Below, in pieces: positions 1 through 9,723 of a DNA stretch of 61,608 bases. The stretch is from Candidatus Omnitrophota bacterium (lineage in GTDB: Bacteria > Omnitrophota > Gorgyraeia > Zapsychrales > JANLHA01). The notes beneath the pieces were generated by a model. It saw only the letters and a list, made by a program, of their open reading frames with translations, ran no database searches and was not told the DNA's origin. The translations under genes were made by a program, and so were the position numbers. Within the stretch, counting starts at the first letter, position 1; each line of letters opens with the position of its first letter. The DNA is taken from assembly GCA_031423615.1 (NCBI GenBank), contig JANPFV010000122.1, forward strand, positions 1 to 61,608, given 5' to 3'.

Positions 1-394
1 TTATAGGTCGCCAGTTAATCTCCTTAACGGGGTCAATGCCCCAGAAAAAAATACAACCTATAACCTATCTACTCCGAATAATTAATTTTACTCGAAGCTA
101 TCCACCAACTTTCAATTGATTTTTAGCGTATCATCTCCTTATCTTATCAATTAACTAGGAATCCTTGGCTCGCCCCAGTTCTCTTTTCAGGGTTAGATAA
201 AAGGGCTCTTCTTGGGTTTTATATAAGTACTTATTAGACGTATTTGATGCCATAAAATATCAAATCTAGCGGCATTGTCAAGAATAATTTTACCAGAAAT
301 GGCTACCCGAAATGATCACCGAGCCAATGGTAGCAAGTCCCAACCAGCGGGCTACGACCAGTGTTATCTTTATACGTCATAGTTTAACTTATTT

Positions 395-1333
395 CTACCA
401 GTTGATCTCGCTTCTTAAGGTCCACTGATAATCAAGCTCCTGATGCACGCCCCCAAGATTCTGGTAGGCAGGAAATAAGATCGAACTCACAAAACTCATA
501 TGCTTATTGGCTTCACATCTTAAAACTGGGCCCATCAGAAGGGTCGCTCCTCCACTGTCTTTTACCTTCATATCATGGCTGACATCTTTTTGTTCATTCT
601 GACAAACCGCATTTATGCCAAAACGATTCTTAAAAAACCGGACATTGGGATTGAGAAAATAATCCGCGGAAAGCGAAAGCGTCAGGACATCTCCTGCACG
701 AAATTCTTGCTCTCCTTTATTAATAAAAACATAGGATGTATTGGCGGTGAGAACTACCCTTTTCGCCTCGATCTGATAAACCATGCCTAAAATATAATCA
801 AGCGATCCTGATCCCGGCTGGAGTTCCGGTTCAAAAAGATCTCCAACACTATTTTTTTCCTTCGTGGCCCCGGTAGGAAGTTTTAATCCTCCAAGGACAC
901 CTAAAGACTGTGCGTCTTTTATCCACAACCGGTAATCCCCAATCAAATGCGCATCACCCGGCCCTTGAGACCGCTGCCGGGATCCAAGAATAGAATGATT
1001 ATCAACTTCCAAAGAACGACGGACAACGTAGGGAAAATCTAACGTCATCTTCAATCTTTCTGTGGGCCGATAGCCCCATTTGAAATAATGAAAATCTTCG
1101 GTCGTTTTATCATGGACATCGTGGCCGGCATGATGAAGCCCATGCGCCTTATGAGCATCCATGGTCTTCCAATTGTTCTGTTCAAACATATATTCAAATG
1201 AAATTTTCTTTTCTTGAGAATTGACTTTTCCCAATGGCCCTAGCTGTCCAATGGTGCATGTCGTGCAGGCGTAGGCCTTTCCTGCCACAACAAAAATGAC
1301 TATCAATAAAAAAAGATTCCGTTTCATAAACAT
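395..1333 (-). CDS. Secreted/outer-membrane 'transporter'-type beta-barrel protein with N-terminal CxxC and His-rich motif (putative metal uptake)
   Basis: Signal peptide ending AYA, then CTTC; DAHKAHGLHHAGHDVH; GLKLPTG and LQPGSGSLD motifs typical of MetA/'transporter' barrels; C-terminal Trp. Confidence 0.6.
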   Translation of the reverse strand: MFMKRNLFLLIVIFVVAGKAYACTTCTIGQLGPLGKVNSQEKKISFEYMFEQNNWKTMDAHKAHGLHHAGHDVHDKTTEDFHYFKWGYRPTERLKMTLDFPYVVRRSLEVDNHSILGSRQRSQGPGDAHLIGDYRLWIKDAQSLGVLGGLKLPTGATKEKNSVGDLFEPELQPGSGSLDYILGMVYQIEAKRVVLTANTSYVFINKGEQEFRAGDVLTLSLSADYFLNPNVRFFKNRFGINAVCQNEQKDVSHDMKVKDSGGATLLMGPVLRCEANKHMSFVSSILFPAYQNLGGVHQELDYQWTLRSEINW

Positions 1334-1355
1334 CTCCCTGAGGATGGATTGAAAA

Positions 1356-1748
1356 TTAGAGAATAGAGTCGGCCATTAAGAAGGGTTCGGCCTTAGGGAC
1401 GTGCTCGACGGATTTAGCAATAACGAAGGAATAAAGGTTTGGAGTACAGAAGAAGAAATTAAAAGCAGATAAAATACATTTATTAGAGAACTGGGCGGCG
1501 AGAAAATTTTCGCCCCCTCCCGAAGACGAGGTTTCCTTCTCGGTCCCTGACGGATAATTCACAATAATTTTTTTAGCCGCGTCTTTATGACCTTGAGTCG
1601 TATGCGAACACAAACACATGGCGCGCTGGCCTCCGCAGACCTTCTTTTCATCAGCAGCTTTGATAAAAACTCCCAATGGCACAATCCACAAGATAAAAGC
1701 GACGGTTATAAGAATATTTCCCCAGGGCCGCATAAAGGATACCGTCAC
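1356..1748 (-). CDS. Small membrane-anchored Cys-motif protein (possible DUF2946/CutF-like upstream regulatory ORF)
   Basis: GTG start with AGGAG RBS overlapping the cysK stop; one TM helix; CGGQRAMCLCSH; near-C-terminal EHVPK. Confidence 0.5.
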   Translation of the reverse strand: MTVSFMRPWGNILITVAFILWIVPLGVFIKAADEKKVCGGQRAMCLCSHTTQGHKDAAKKIIVNYPSGTEKETSSSGGGENFLAAQFSNKCILSAFNFFFCTPNLYSFVIAKSVEHVPKAEPFLMADSIL

Positions 1749-1756
1749 AATTTCTC

Positions 1757-2692
1757 CTAACTGCGAAATTCGGCGAACAAGTCGGTGGACAAATATCTTT
1801 CGCCGGTGCTCGGAATAATCGCAACGATGAGTTTTCCCTTACTTTCCGGACGCTTGGCAACTTCTAAGGCTGCATAAACCGCGGCGCCCGAGGAAATCCC
1901 GCCAAGGATTCCTTCTTCGCGAATCAACCGCTTAGCGTAGGCAAAAGCTTGGTCATTTTCAACTTGGATAATTTCATCAATCAATTGAGTATTCAAAATA
2001 CTCGGCACAAACCCCGCGCCGATTCCTTGAATTTTGTGCGGACCCGCCGGGCCACCGGAAAGCACCGGGGACCCTTTGGGTTCGATAGCAATGGCTTTAA
2101 ATGTTGGTTTACGTTCTTTGATGACACTCGCCACACCGGTTAACGTGCCGCCCGTCCCGATCCCGGATATCAAAATGTCAACTTGACCGTCGGTATCTCG
2201 CCAAATTTCTTCCGCCGTTGTTTTCCGATGTATTTTTGGGTTCGCCGGATTATCAAATTGCTGCGGTTGAAAATAGTTCGGGTTTGACTCGGCCAATTCC
2301 TTTGCCTTAGCAATAGCACCCTTCATCCCTTCGGAGCCCGGCGTCAAAATCAAAGTTGCTCCCAAAGCCCGCAGTAATGCGCGGCGTTCCAGACTCATCG
2401 TTTCCGGCATAGTCAAAATCAGCTTGTAACCTTTAACGGCCGCGACAAAGGCCAATGCGATTCCCGTATTTCCGGAGGTGGGTTCGACAATGGTTGTTTT
2501 TCCCTTGATGATCTGGCCCGCTTTCTCTCCCGCCTCAATCATGGCTAAACCGATACGGTCCTTGACCGAACTCAAGGGATTAAAAAATTCCAATTTCAAA
2601 ACAATGTCGGCGTGGGCCCCTTCGTTCATCTTATTTAGACGAACCAAGGGTGTATTGCCAATCAACTCCGTGATGTTATTCGCGATTTTCAT
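1757..2692 (-). CDS. cysK: Cysteine synthase A
   Basis: [18 protein letters not shown] (PLP lysine), [15 protein letters not shown]; start trimmed to MKIANN. Confidence 0.95.
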   Translation of the reverse strand: MKIANNITELIGNTPLVRLNKMNEGAHADIVLKLEFFNPLSSVKDRIGLAMIEAGEKAGQIIKGKTTIVEPTSGNTGIALAFVAAVKGYKLILTMPETMSLERRALLRALGATLILTPGSEGMKGAIAKAKELAESNPNYFQPQQFDNPANPKIHRKTTAEEIWRDTDGQVDILISGIGTGGTLTGVASVIKERKPTFKAIAIEPKGSPVLSGGPAGPHKIQGIGAGFVPSILNTQLIDEIIQVENDQAFAYAKRLIREEGILGGISSGAAVYAALEVAKRPESKGKLIVAIIPSTGERYLSTDLFAEFRS

Positions 2693-2708
2693 ATTGCGGT
2701 CCTTTCCA

Positions 2709-3746
2709 TTAGATATCATATTCGCTATAAGTTATGTTTTTAGGAGTTAGAAAAACGTGTTCATTGCGTTGGAGTCGTAAACTTTTATATTCTTCCTGAG
2801 AAATTTCTGCTTGCACCAATTGTCCGTCGCTGGTTACCGCGTCTATTTTAACCACCGACCCGGCGGGATTGATGAAAGAAATCTGGGCTTTAAGAGAATT
2901 AGCGCCCGCCGCTTGACGCGTGACCGTTAATTCGTGCGGCCGGACATATATTTTTGTGATTTTAGGAGTGGCCGTCGCCTCGCTTGCGGCCGCCCCTGAC
3001 TCTTCCGCACGGCCGTGAAAAAGATTCACGCTTCCTAAAAAGTTTAAAACAAAAAGATTCGCCGGATTGTGATAAACCTGCTCGGGAGTTCCCACCTGTT
3101 CGATTTTTCCTTTATTCATGACCACGATACGGTCGGCAACTTCCAGAGCTTCCTCCTGATCATGGGTCACAAACAACGTCGTAATATGTAAATCGTCATG
3201 AAAACGACGCAGCCATTGACGAAGTTCTTTTCGCACTTTGGCGTCGAGAGAACCAAACGGCTCATCAAGCAACAGGACCTTTGGCTCAACAGCCAAAGCC
3301 CGCGCCAACGCAATACGCTGGCGTTGACCTCCGGACAATTGGGAAGGAAAACGATTGGCGACCCATTCCAATTGCACCAGCCGTAAAAGTTCTTTGACTC
3401 TCGCCCTGATCTTTTCTTCCGTCGGACGAAGGGCTTTAGGTTTGACACGTAAACCAAAAGCGATATTCTCAAAGACCGTCATGTGGCGAAACAAAGCGTA
3501 ATGTTGAAAAACAAAACCCACATTGCGGTCTTTGGTTTTTTCTTCCTTCACATCTTTGCCATGAAAAAAAATTTCTCCCTGATCAGCATTTTCCAATCCC
3601 GCGATGATTCGCAACAAAGTGGTTTTCCCAGACCCCGACGGGCCCAGCAAAGCGATGAGCTCGCCCGTCTCAATCTTAAGGTCAATGTTTTCCAGGGCCT
3701 GAAAAGAACCGAATGTCTTGGCGATCTGTTTGACTTCGATACTCAC
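2709..3746 (-). CDS. cysA: Sulfate/thiosulfate ABC transporter ATP-binding protein
   Basis: Walker [30 protein letters not shown]-terminal TOBE-like region; operon context. Confidence 0.95.
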   Translation of the reverse strand: MSIEVKQIAKTFGSFQALENIDLKIETGELIALLGPSGSGKTTLLRIIAGLENADQGEIFFHGKDVKEEKTKDRNVGFVFQHYALFRHMTVFENIAFGLRVKPKALRPTEEKIRARVKELLRLVQLEWVANRFPSQLSGGQRQRIALARALAVEPKVLLLDEPFGSLDAKVRKELRQWLRRFHDDLHITTLFVTHDQEEALEVADRIVVMNKGKIEQVGTPEQVYHNPANLFVLNFLGSVNLFHGRAEESGAAASEATATPKITKIYVRPHELTVTRQAAGANSLKAQISFINPAGSVVKIDAVTSDGQLVQAEISQEEYKSLRLQRNEHVFLTPKNITYSEYDI

Positions 3747-4591
3747 GCAGATTTCTCCATTTTAAGCGCCGCTTTTAATTCGGCACGATATTGATATTCT
3801 ACAAGAGACTTCAAAAACAATGTGAATACGGCCAGCAAAGCCAGCAAGGACGCCGCAGCAAAAGCCGCGGTAAAATTGTATTCATTATACAAAATTTCAA
3901 TATGCAAAGGCAAAGTGTTGGTTTGTCCGCGGATGTGACCGGACACGACGGATACGGCTCCGAACTCTCCCATGGCCCGCGCGTTGCAAATAATGACACC
4001 GTAAAGCAGACCCCACTTGATATTGGGCAATGTAACCCGTAAAAATGTTTGCCATCCATTCGCCCCGAGGGTCAGAGCGGCTTCTTCCTCTTCATTGCCC
4101 AAAGTTTTCATGACCGGGATCAATTCGCGGGCCACCAGTGGGAAGGTCACAAAAATCGTCGCTAAAATAATGGCGGGCGGTGCAAAAATAATTTTAATCC
4201 CATGTTCCATAAGCCAGGGACCCCAAGCGCCTTGCGCTCCAAACAGGAGGACATAAATCAACCCAGAAATGACCGGCGAAACCGAAAGCGGAAGATCAAT
4301 CAAGGTTGTCAAAAAATTCTTTCCCCAAAAATTAAATTTAGCAATCGCCCACGAAGCCGCAATTCCGAAAACAACATTGAGCGGAACAGCCACCAAAGCC
4401 GTGATCACCGTCAAGCGAATCGCGGAAAGCGCGTCGGGATTATTCAGCGACTGGAAATAAACCGCGATCCCTTTGTTCAATCCGGTCATAAAGACCATGA
4501 CAAGGGGAAGAAAAATAAAAAAACCCAGGAAGGTCAAAGCCGTGCCAATCAATGTCCAACGCACCCCAGCGTGTTCCGTTCGGCTGGCCAT
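3743..4591 (-). CDS. cysW: Sulfate ABC transporter permease CysW
   Basis: [29 protein letters not shown] motifs. Confidence 0.95.
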   Translation of the reverse strand: MASRTEHAGVRWTLIGTALTFLGFFIFLPLVMVFMTGLNKGIAVYFQSLNNPDALSAIRLTVITALVAVPLNVVFGIAASWAIAKFNFWGKNFLTTLIDLPLSVSPVISGLIYVLLFGAQGAWGPWLMEHGIKIIFAPPAIILATIFVTFPLVARELIPVMKTLGNEEEEAALTLGANGWQTFLRVTLPNIKWGLLYGVIICNARAMGEFGAVSVVSGHIRGQTNTLPLHIEILYNEYNFTAAFAAASLLALLAVFTLFLKSLVEYQYRAELKAALKMEKSA

Positions 4592-4592
4592 A

Positions 4593-5426
4593 TCAGTTCA
4601 TTCCTATCCTTTTTGCGAACAGCCACTGCAAATAATTGATGAGTCCTAGCAAAGTAAAAGAAATGAATAGCATCACCAGGGCTATGGCCGTAGCGCCGGC
4701 GTAATCGTATTGTTCCAATTTAGACATAATAAGCAGAGGCGCAATTTCCGTTTTACCTGGCATATTGCCGGCGATAAAAATAACCGAACCGTATTCTCCG
4801 ATACCCCGGGCAAACGCCAAAGCAAATCCCGTAATCAAGGGAGGAATAAGATTGGGGAAAATGATTTTTGTAAAAACTTGCCAGCGGTTCGCGCCCAGAC
4901 TGCCCGCCGCGTCTTCCAATTCCCCGTCGATCTCTTGCAGAACGGGTTCAATGGTTCGCACCACAAAGGGCAAACCGATAAAGATCAAAGCCAAAGTAAC
5001 GCCCAAGGCACTGTAGGCCGATTGAATGCCGACAGCATACAGATATTTTCCGACCCATCCATTGGGGCTATAAAGCGAAGTCAGTGCGATCCCCGCAACA
5101 GCCGTCGGCAGGGCCAAGGGGAAGTCGACTAAGGCGTCGATAATTTTCTTCCCCGGGAAATGATAGCGCGCCAAAACCCAGGCGATCAAAAATCCAAAAA
5201 TAACATTCACCCCTCCCGCAATAAAACTGACCCCGAAACTCATGCGATAGGCAGCCAGGGTCCGCGGATTAATAATGACCTCCACAAAACGATCCCATCC
5301 CATCGTCGATGTCTTAAGAAAAAGCATGGACAAAGGAATGAGGACAATCAAGCTCAGGTAGAAAACAGTGTAACCTAAAGCAAGATTAAAACCGGGCAGC
5401 GTAGATTTTTGTTTTAAAAGGAGCAT
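4593..5426 (-). CDS. cysT: Sulfate ABC transporter permease CysT
   Basis: [33 protein letters not shown]; start trimmed to the ATG just after the sbp stop. Confidence 0.95.
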   Translation of the reverse strand: MLLLKQKSTLPGFNLALGYTVFYLSLIVLIPLSMLFLKTSTMGWDRFVEVIINPRTLAAYRMSFGVSFIAGGVNVIFGFLIAWVLARYHFPGKKIIDALVDFPLALPTAVAGIALTSLYSPNGWVGKYLYAVGIQSAYSALGVTLALIFIGLPFVVRTIEPVLQEIDGELEDAAGSLGANRWQVFTKIIFPNLIPPLITGFALAFARGIGEYGSVIFIAGNMPGKTEIAPLLIMSKLEQYDYAGATAIALVMLFISFTLLGLINYLQWLFAKRIGMN

Positions 5427-5427
5427 C

Positions 5428-6435
5428 TTAATTCCCATAAATTTGGTCGAAAGTCCCTTTATCAGCAAAATGTGTTCTTTGCGCTTTCTGCCATCCGCCA
5501 AAAACCTCGTCGACAGTAAATAAAGAAACCGCCTGAAATTTATCGGCGTACTTTTTCGCGACAGCGTCCGATCGAGGACGATAATAATTTTTTGCCGCAA
5601 TCTTTTGACCTTCCTCAGAATAAAGATAATTTAAATATTCTTGGGCGGCTTTCGTTGTTCCGTGACGGCTGGCATTACGTTCCACAACTGCAACTGGCGG
5701 TTCGGCCAAAATGCTTATAGACGGCATAATGATTTCCAACTTGTCCGGGCCTAACTCCTTGACCGCAAGATACGCCTCATTTTCCCAAGAAATGAGAACA
5801 TCCCCGATCCCGCGTTCGGCAAAAGTCGTTGTTGCCCCCCGTGCACCGGAATCAAGCACCGAAACATTCTTAAAAATCGCTTTCAAGAAATTTTGGGCCT
5901 TGGCTTCATCATTGCCCCACTTCTTTAATGCATACCCCCAAGCCGCCAAATAGTTCCAGCGCGCCCCGCCGGAAGTCTTAGGATTAGGCGTAATAACGTT
6001 AATCCCAGGCTTGGCCAAATCGTCCCAATCTTTGATGTTCTTTGGATTTCCTTTTCGAACTACGAGGACAATGGTTGACGTATAAGGCGAACTATTATAC
6101 GGTAATTCTTTCTGCCATTGGACGGAGAGCAGTCCCGACCTTTCAGCTATGGAATCAATGTCGTACGCTAAAGCGAGTGTCACCACATCGGCGTCGAGCC
6201 CGTCGATAACCCCGCGGGCCTGTTTACCTGATCCCCCATGAGACTGATTGATCGTAATTTTTTCACCGCTTACTTCCTGCCAATGTTTGCTGAATGCTTT
6301 GTTATACTCTTCATAGAGTTCGCGGGTCGGATCATAAGAAACATTTAAAAGCGTTATATTTTTTGCCGCGTGAACTGGCGAAATGCCAATCACAAAAATC
6401 CAAAACAATAAAATTATAAAAAATATTTTACTCAT
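5428..6435 (-). CDS. sbp: Sulfate ABC transporter periplasmic binding protein
   Basis: Signal peptide; [37 protein letters not shown]. Confidence 0.95.
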   Translation of the reverse strand: MSKIFFIILLFWIFVIGISPVHAAKNITLLNVSYDPTRELYEEYNKAFSKHWQEVSGEKITINQSHGGSGKQARGVIDGLDADVVTLALAYDIDSIAERSGLLSVQWQKELPYNSSPYTSTIVLVVRKGNPKNIKDWDDLAKPGINVITPNPKTSGGARWNYLAAWGYALKKWGNDEAKAQNFLKAIFKNVSVLDSGARGATTTFAERGIGDVLISWENEAYLAVKELGPDKLEIIMPSISILAEPPVAVVERNASRHGTTKAAQEYLNYLYSEEGQKIAAKNYYRPRSDAVAKKYADKFQAVSLFTVDEVFGGWQKAQRTHFADKGTFDQIYGN

Positions 6436-6476
6436 CTTTTCATCCTTCCTCTTACGTCGCCGCCTTGTTCCACCGC

Positions 6477-6932
6477 TTAAATTTGATAATGCAATGTCAT
6501 TTCGGAATTTTGACTGTCGGCTTTTTGAATCACATCTTCTAAACTGGTTTTATCCAAAATATTAGCCATTGCATCTCGGACTTCCTTCATAACGATGCGT
6601 ATCCCGCAATAATTTTCCTCCCGGCATTCCTCACACTTGCTATAGGCATGCTGGCTAACACACGCCACAGGAGCTATAGTTCCATCAAGAATTCTAATAA
6701 TCTGCCCCATCTTTATATCTCTTGGATGCTTATATAGGGAATATCCTCCACCTTTGCCTTTTTTACTTTCAAGAAATCCTTGCTTCTTAAGATCCAGCAA
6801 AATAGCCTCTAAAAATTTCTTTGGAATGCGCTCTTCGATAGCGAGATCAGAAATCAAGACCGGACCCTTATTGTAATGGCGGGCCAAATGTATAAGGGCG
6901 TGTAATCCGTATTTTGTTCTTTTTGAAATCAT
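6477..6932 (-). CDS. Rrf2-family transcriptional regulator (CymR/IscR-like, Cys-containing)
   Basis: [28 protein letters not shown]; C-terminal Cys cluster; heads the sulfur operon. Confidence 0.9.
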   Translation of the reverse strand: MISKRTKYGLHALIHLARHYNKGPVLISDLAIEERIPKKFLEAILLDLKKQGFLESKKGKGGGYSLYKHPRDIKMGQIIRILDGTIAPVACVSQHAYSKCEECREENYCGIRIVMKEVRDAMANILDKTSLEDVIQKADSQNSEMTLHYQI

Positions 6933-6934
6933 AA

Positions 6935-6990
6935 TATCTATAATGCCTATCGATTTAGTAGAGAATATGATTTAATTCATTATTTGTCAA
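6935..6990 (-). promoter_or_regulatory. Putative sigma70 promoter and Rrf2 operator of the sulfur operon
   Basis: TTGACA (6985-6990)-17 nt-TATTCT (6962-6967) on minus strand, followed by imperfect palindrome ATTCTCTACTAAATCGATAGGCAT resembling Rrf2/CymR boxes. Confidence 0.45.
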
Positions 6991-7126
6991 GAAAATTTTA
7001 AAATAGGAAAAAAGAGAAGATTTTGGGAAAGAAGAATTAATGAACGCGCTGTGCAAATATTACTGATTCGACTCATTGAATCAGCAAGCATTAATCATAT
7101 CGATAAATCAAAAATTGCCCACGGCG

Positions 7127-8122
7127 TTAATGAGGAAAAATATGATAACCCACTAAATAAGCCAAAGCGGACAAAAGAGCTGCGCAGGGAATAGTGATTA
7201 TCCACGCCCAGACAATTCGTCCGGCGACACCCCAACGAACCGCACTCAAACGACGCAAAGAACCAACCCCCATAATCGCGCCGGTAATAGTATGCGTTGT
7301 ACTAACCGGGACTCCCATTGCCGAAGATGAAAACAAGGTCACGGCTGCGCCTAATTCCGCGCAGAATCCATCCACCGGACGTAATTTTGCAACTTTTTGT
7401 CCCATGGTTTTAACGATGCGCCATCCGCCGAACATTGTCCCTAAAGAAATCACAGTATAGCAGGCCACAACAACCCACCCGGGAACATAGAATTCTTTGC
7501 CCAACAATCCCGCACTGAACAAAAGACTCGCAATAATGCCCATTGTTTTTTGGGCGTCATTCCCGCCGTGCCCCATACTATAAAAAGCCGCCGAAATCAG
7601 CTGACCCTTGCGAAAAAAGTGGTCGACCTTACTGGGAATACTCTTGCGAAAAATCCAATGAACCGCCACCCCAAATAAAAGCCCCAAAGACAACCCGACA
7701 ATGGGCGAAACAAAAATAAAAATCACAGTTTTAAAAATACCTTTGGCAACCAATGCACTGGGACCGGCTTTCACCAAAGCCGCACCGATCATTCCTCCAA
7801 TCAAAGCATGCGAAGAGCTCGTCGGTAAACCAAAAAACCACGTGATCAAATTCCATCCGCACGCGCCAAACAGGGTTCCGAAAATAATGGCCTGATCTAC
7901 AATCGCGATATCAATGATCCCTTTTCCTATGGTATTAGCCACATGATGACCAAAGAAGAAATAAGCCAACAGATTAAAAAACGCGGCCCAGATCACAGCA
8001 AAGCGGGGAGAAAGAACGCGGGTCGACACGACGGTCGCTATAGAATTAGCGGAATCATGAAACCCATTTAGGAAATCAAACAAGAGGGCCAAGCCGATAA
8101 GAAAAATAATACTTTCTGTCAT
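7127..8122 (-). CDS. pit: Inorganic phosphate transporter (PiT family)
   Basis: NGFHDSANSIAT, GLPTSSSHAL, HGGNDAQKTMG, PVSTTH signature motifs. Confidence 0.95.
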   Translation of the reverse strand: MTESIIFLIGLALLFDFLNGFHDSANSIATVVSTRVLSPRFAVIWAAFFNLLAYFFFGHHVANTIGKGIIDIAIVDQAIIFGTLFGACGWNLITWFFGLPTSSSHALIGGMIGAALVKAGPSALVAKGIFKTVIFIFVSPIVGLSLGLLFGVAVHWIFRKSIPSKVDHFFRKGQLISAAFYSMGHGGNDAQKTMGIIASLLFSAGLLGKEFYVPGWVVVACYTVISLGTMFGGWRIVKTMGQKVAKLRPVDGFCAELGAAVTLFSSSAMGVPVSTTHTITGAIMGVGSLRRLSAVRWGVAGRIVWAWIITIPCAALLSALAYLVGYHIFPH

Positions 8123-8125
8123 AGA

Positions 8126-8755
8126 TTAGGCGTGTTTGACGAGAATAGATTCAACAACATGGGCCACATCCTCGCAAATGTCGAGGATGGTTTCGGCGTC
8201 TTCATAAATTTCTTTCCATTTGATCAATGCAATGGGGTCGGTAGACGTTTCAAAAAGTTCGCCGAGAACAACATCCCGCAAAGCGTCGCCGACGTTTTCC
8301 AAGCGGTTAACCTCTACGCACGACTCCAAAACTGACTTGGAATTTTTCATAGAACGCAGACCGCGAACAGCCGAAGCGACCGCCCAAACGGATTCTTCAA
8401 TGAGCGCCGCAAAACGAATGAGCTGTTTGTCGCCGCCCTTTATTTTATAAATCTTCATCCTTCCGACGAGACTGTCGATAGTATCAATAATGTCATCAAT
8501 CTCTTTGGTCAAGGCATGAATATCTTCGCGGTCAAAAGGTGTGATGAAACTCTTGTTGAGTTGCTCCATGATGCCATGGGAAGCCTCATCACCCTGATGT
8601 TCGATGATTTGAATCTTTTTAAAAACGGCTTCGTCAAGAGGGCCGGAAGTATTGGCTATATCCGTGAGCGTCTTGGCGGCCTCAACAGCGCGGTCTACCT
8701 GCTTATCGAAAAGGTCAAAGAAGTTAAAATCTTCCGGCAGAAATTTAAAAAGCAT
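8126..8755 (-). CDS. DUF47 / PhoU-like phosphate transport regulator
   Basis: EHQGD, FITPFDREDI, LENVGD motifs; upstream of pit; start trimmed to MLFKF (AGGAG RBS). Confidence 0.9.
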   Translation of the reverse strand: MLFKFLPEDFNFFDLFDKQVDRAVEAAKTLTDIANTSGPLDEAVFKKIQIIEHQGDEASHGIMEQLNKSFITPFDREDIHALTKEIDDIIDTIDSLVGRMKIYKIKGGDKQLIRFAALIEESVWAVASAVRGLRSMKNSKSVLESCVEVNRLENVGDALRDVVLGELFETSTDPIALIKWKEIYEDAETILDICEDVAHVVESILVKHA

Positions 8756-8877
8756 GGTTTGTCTTCTCCTTATAAATAAAGCCAATTCATATTTCAAAAG
8801 CCATCTCCCTGAGGAGCATTATGCCCGGATCTTTTGAAAAATCAAATTTTTTCTTAAGGAATGGCCTGTCAGAATTT

Positions 8878-9723
8878 CTACCTTAACACGCCTTCGTACT
8901 TCTTGATAAAAAATTTTTCTTCGCCGATCGGCACAAAATTCAACGAAGGATTATATATCAGGATAAAATCTCTCCAGTCCACATCCGGCTTTTCCGTCGT
9001 TAATCCCATATAATATTGCATAAATGGCCCACGATCCACATTAAACTTAAATGCCGTACTAGCCATATTCTTGACCATGATCTGGTCATTTTTTTTTTCA
9101 TACGCCAAAATCGACAGTTTTAAACTGTTGATCATAACCTTGCGAAATGTTGCTAGACTCATACTCTTAAATGGTCCCCCCAAGTCCACAGGCCAGCGCT
9201 CAACATAATCCAAGTGCATACTGCTCTCCAGATCCTTGGTTTTCAAAGAAAGACAGGGGCGCAAATAATCAAGGGCTGTCTCATACTGACCTTTCTCAAA
9301 ATACACGCGTCCCAAGTTATAATTCAACCAATAATGTTGTGGTTCGGCCTGAATGGCTTTCTTCAGAAACTCGACAGCCTCATCGCTGTTACCTAAATAA
9401 TATTCACAAATGGCCAGCATATTATAAGCCCGGCTTACCGTCGCCGGAGCATAAACCATTTCATGTTTTTCGTAATAAGGGACCGTCGCAATGAGGACTT
9501 TATAATATTTTTTTGCAAGACGAAATTGTCTTTCATTATAAAGGGCCCGATCATTCAAATATAAAAGAGGATAAGCGCCTTCTTCTTTCAGATAATTGAC
9601 ACGCCCGAGCCATGCCGCCTCTTTATTCCCAATGATCACAATGACCAGAGCAAATAAAATATAATACGTTATCACTCGAGAAAAGACCGTATCCCAAATG
9701 CACTTCAATCTTTTCATGAACAT
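8878..9723 (-). CDS. Membrane-anchored TPR-repeat protein
   Basis: N-terminal TM helix; TPR patterns (AYNMLAICEYYLG...KKAIQAEP, YNLGRVYFEKGQY). Confidence 0.75.
   Translation of the reverse strand: MFMKRLKCIWDTVFSRVITYYILFALVIVIIGNKEAAWLGRVNYLKEEGAYPLLYLNDRALYNERQFRLAKKYYKVLIATVPYYEKHEMVYAPATVSRAYNMLAICEYYLGNSDEAVEFLKKAIQAEPQHYWLNYNLGRVYFEKGQYETALDYLRPCLSLKTKDLESSMHLDYVERWPVDLGGPFKSMSLATFRKVMINSLKLSILAYEKKNDQIMVKNMASTAFKFNVDRGPFMQYYMGLTTEKPDVDWRDFILIYNPSLNFVPIGEEKFFIKKYEGVLR

Noticed and set aside
1-394. Non-coding left end with a leftward promoter-like TTGACA (276-281) and a short 32-codon ORF
   Set aside because: No recognisable RNA motif or protein; context lies outside the window
5427-5600. 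Extended N-terminus of cysT (similarly ndk, rpmI, DUF47, pspC)
   Set aside because: Extensions overlap upstream genes or precede the RBS; downstream ATGs fit the family starts
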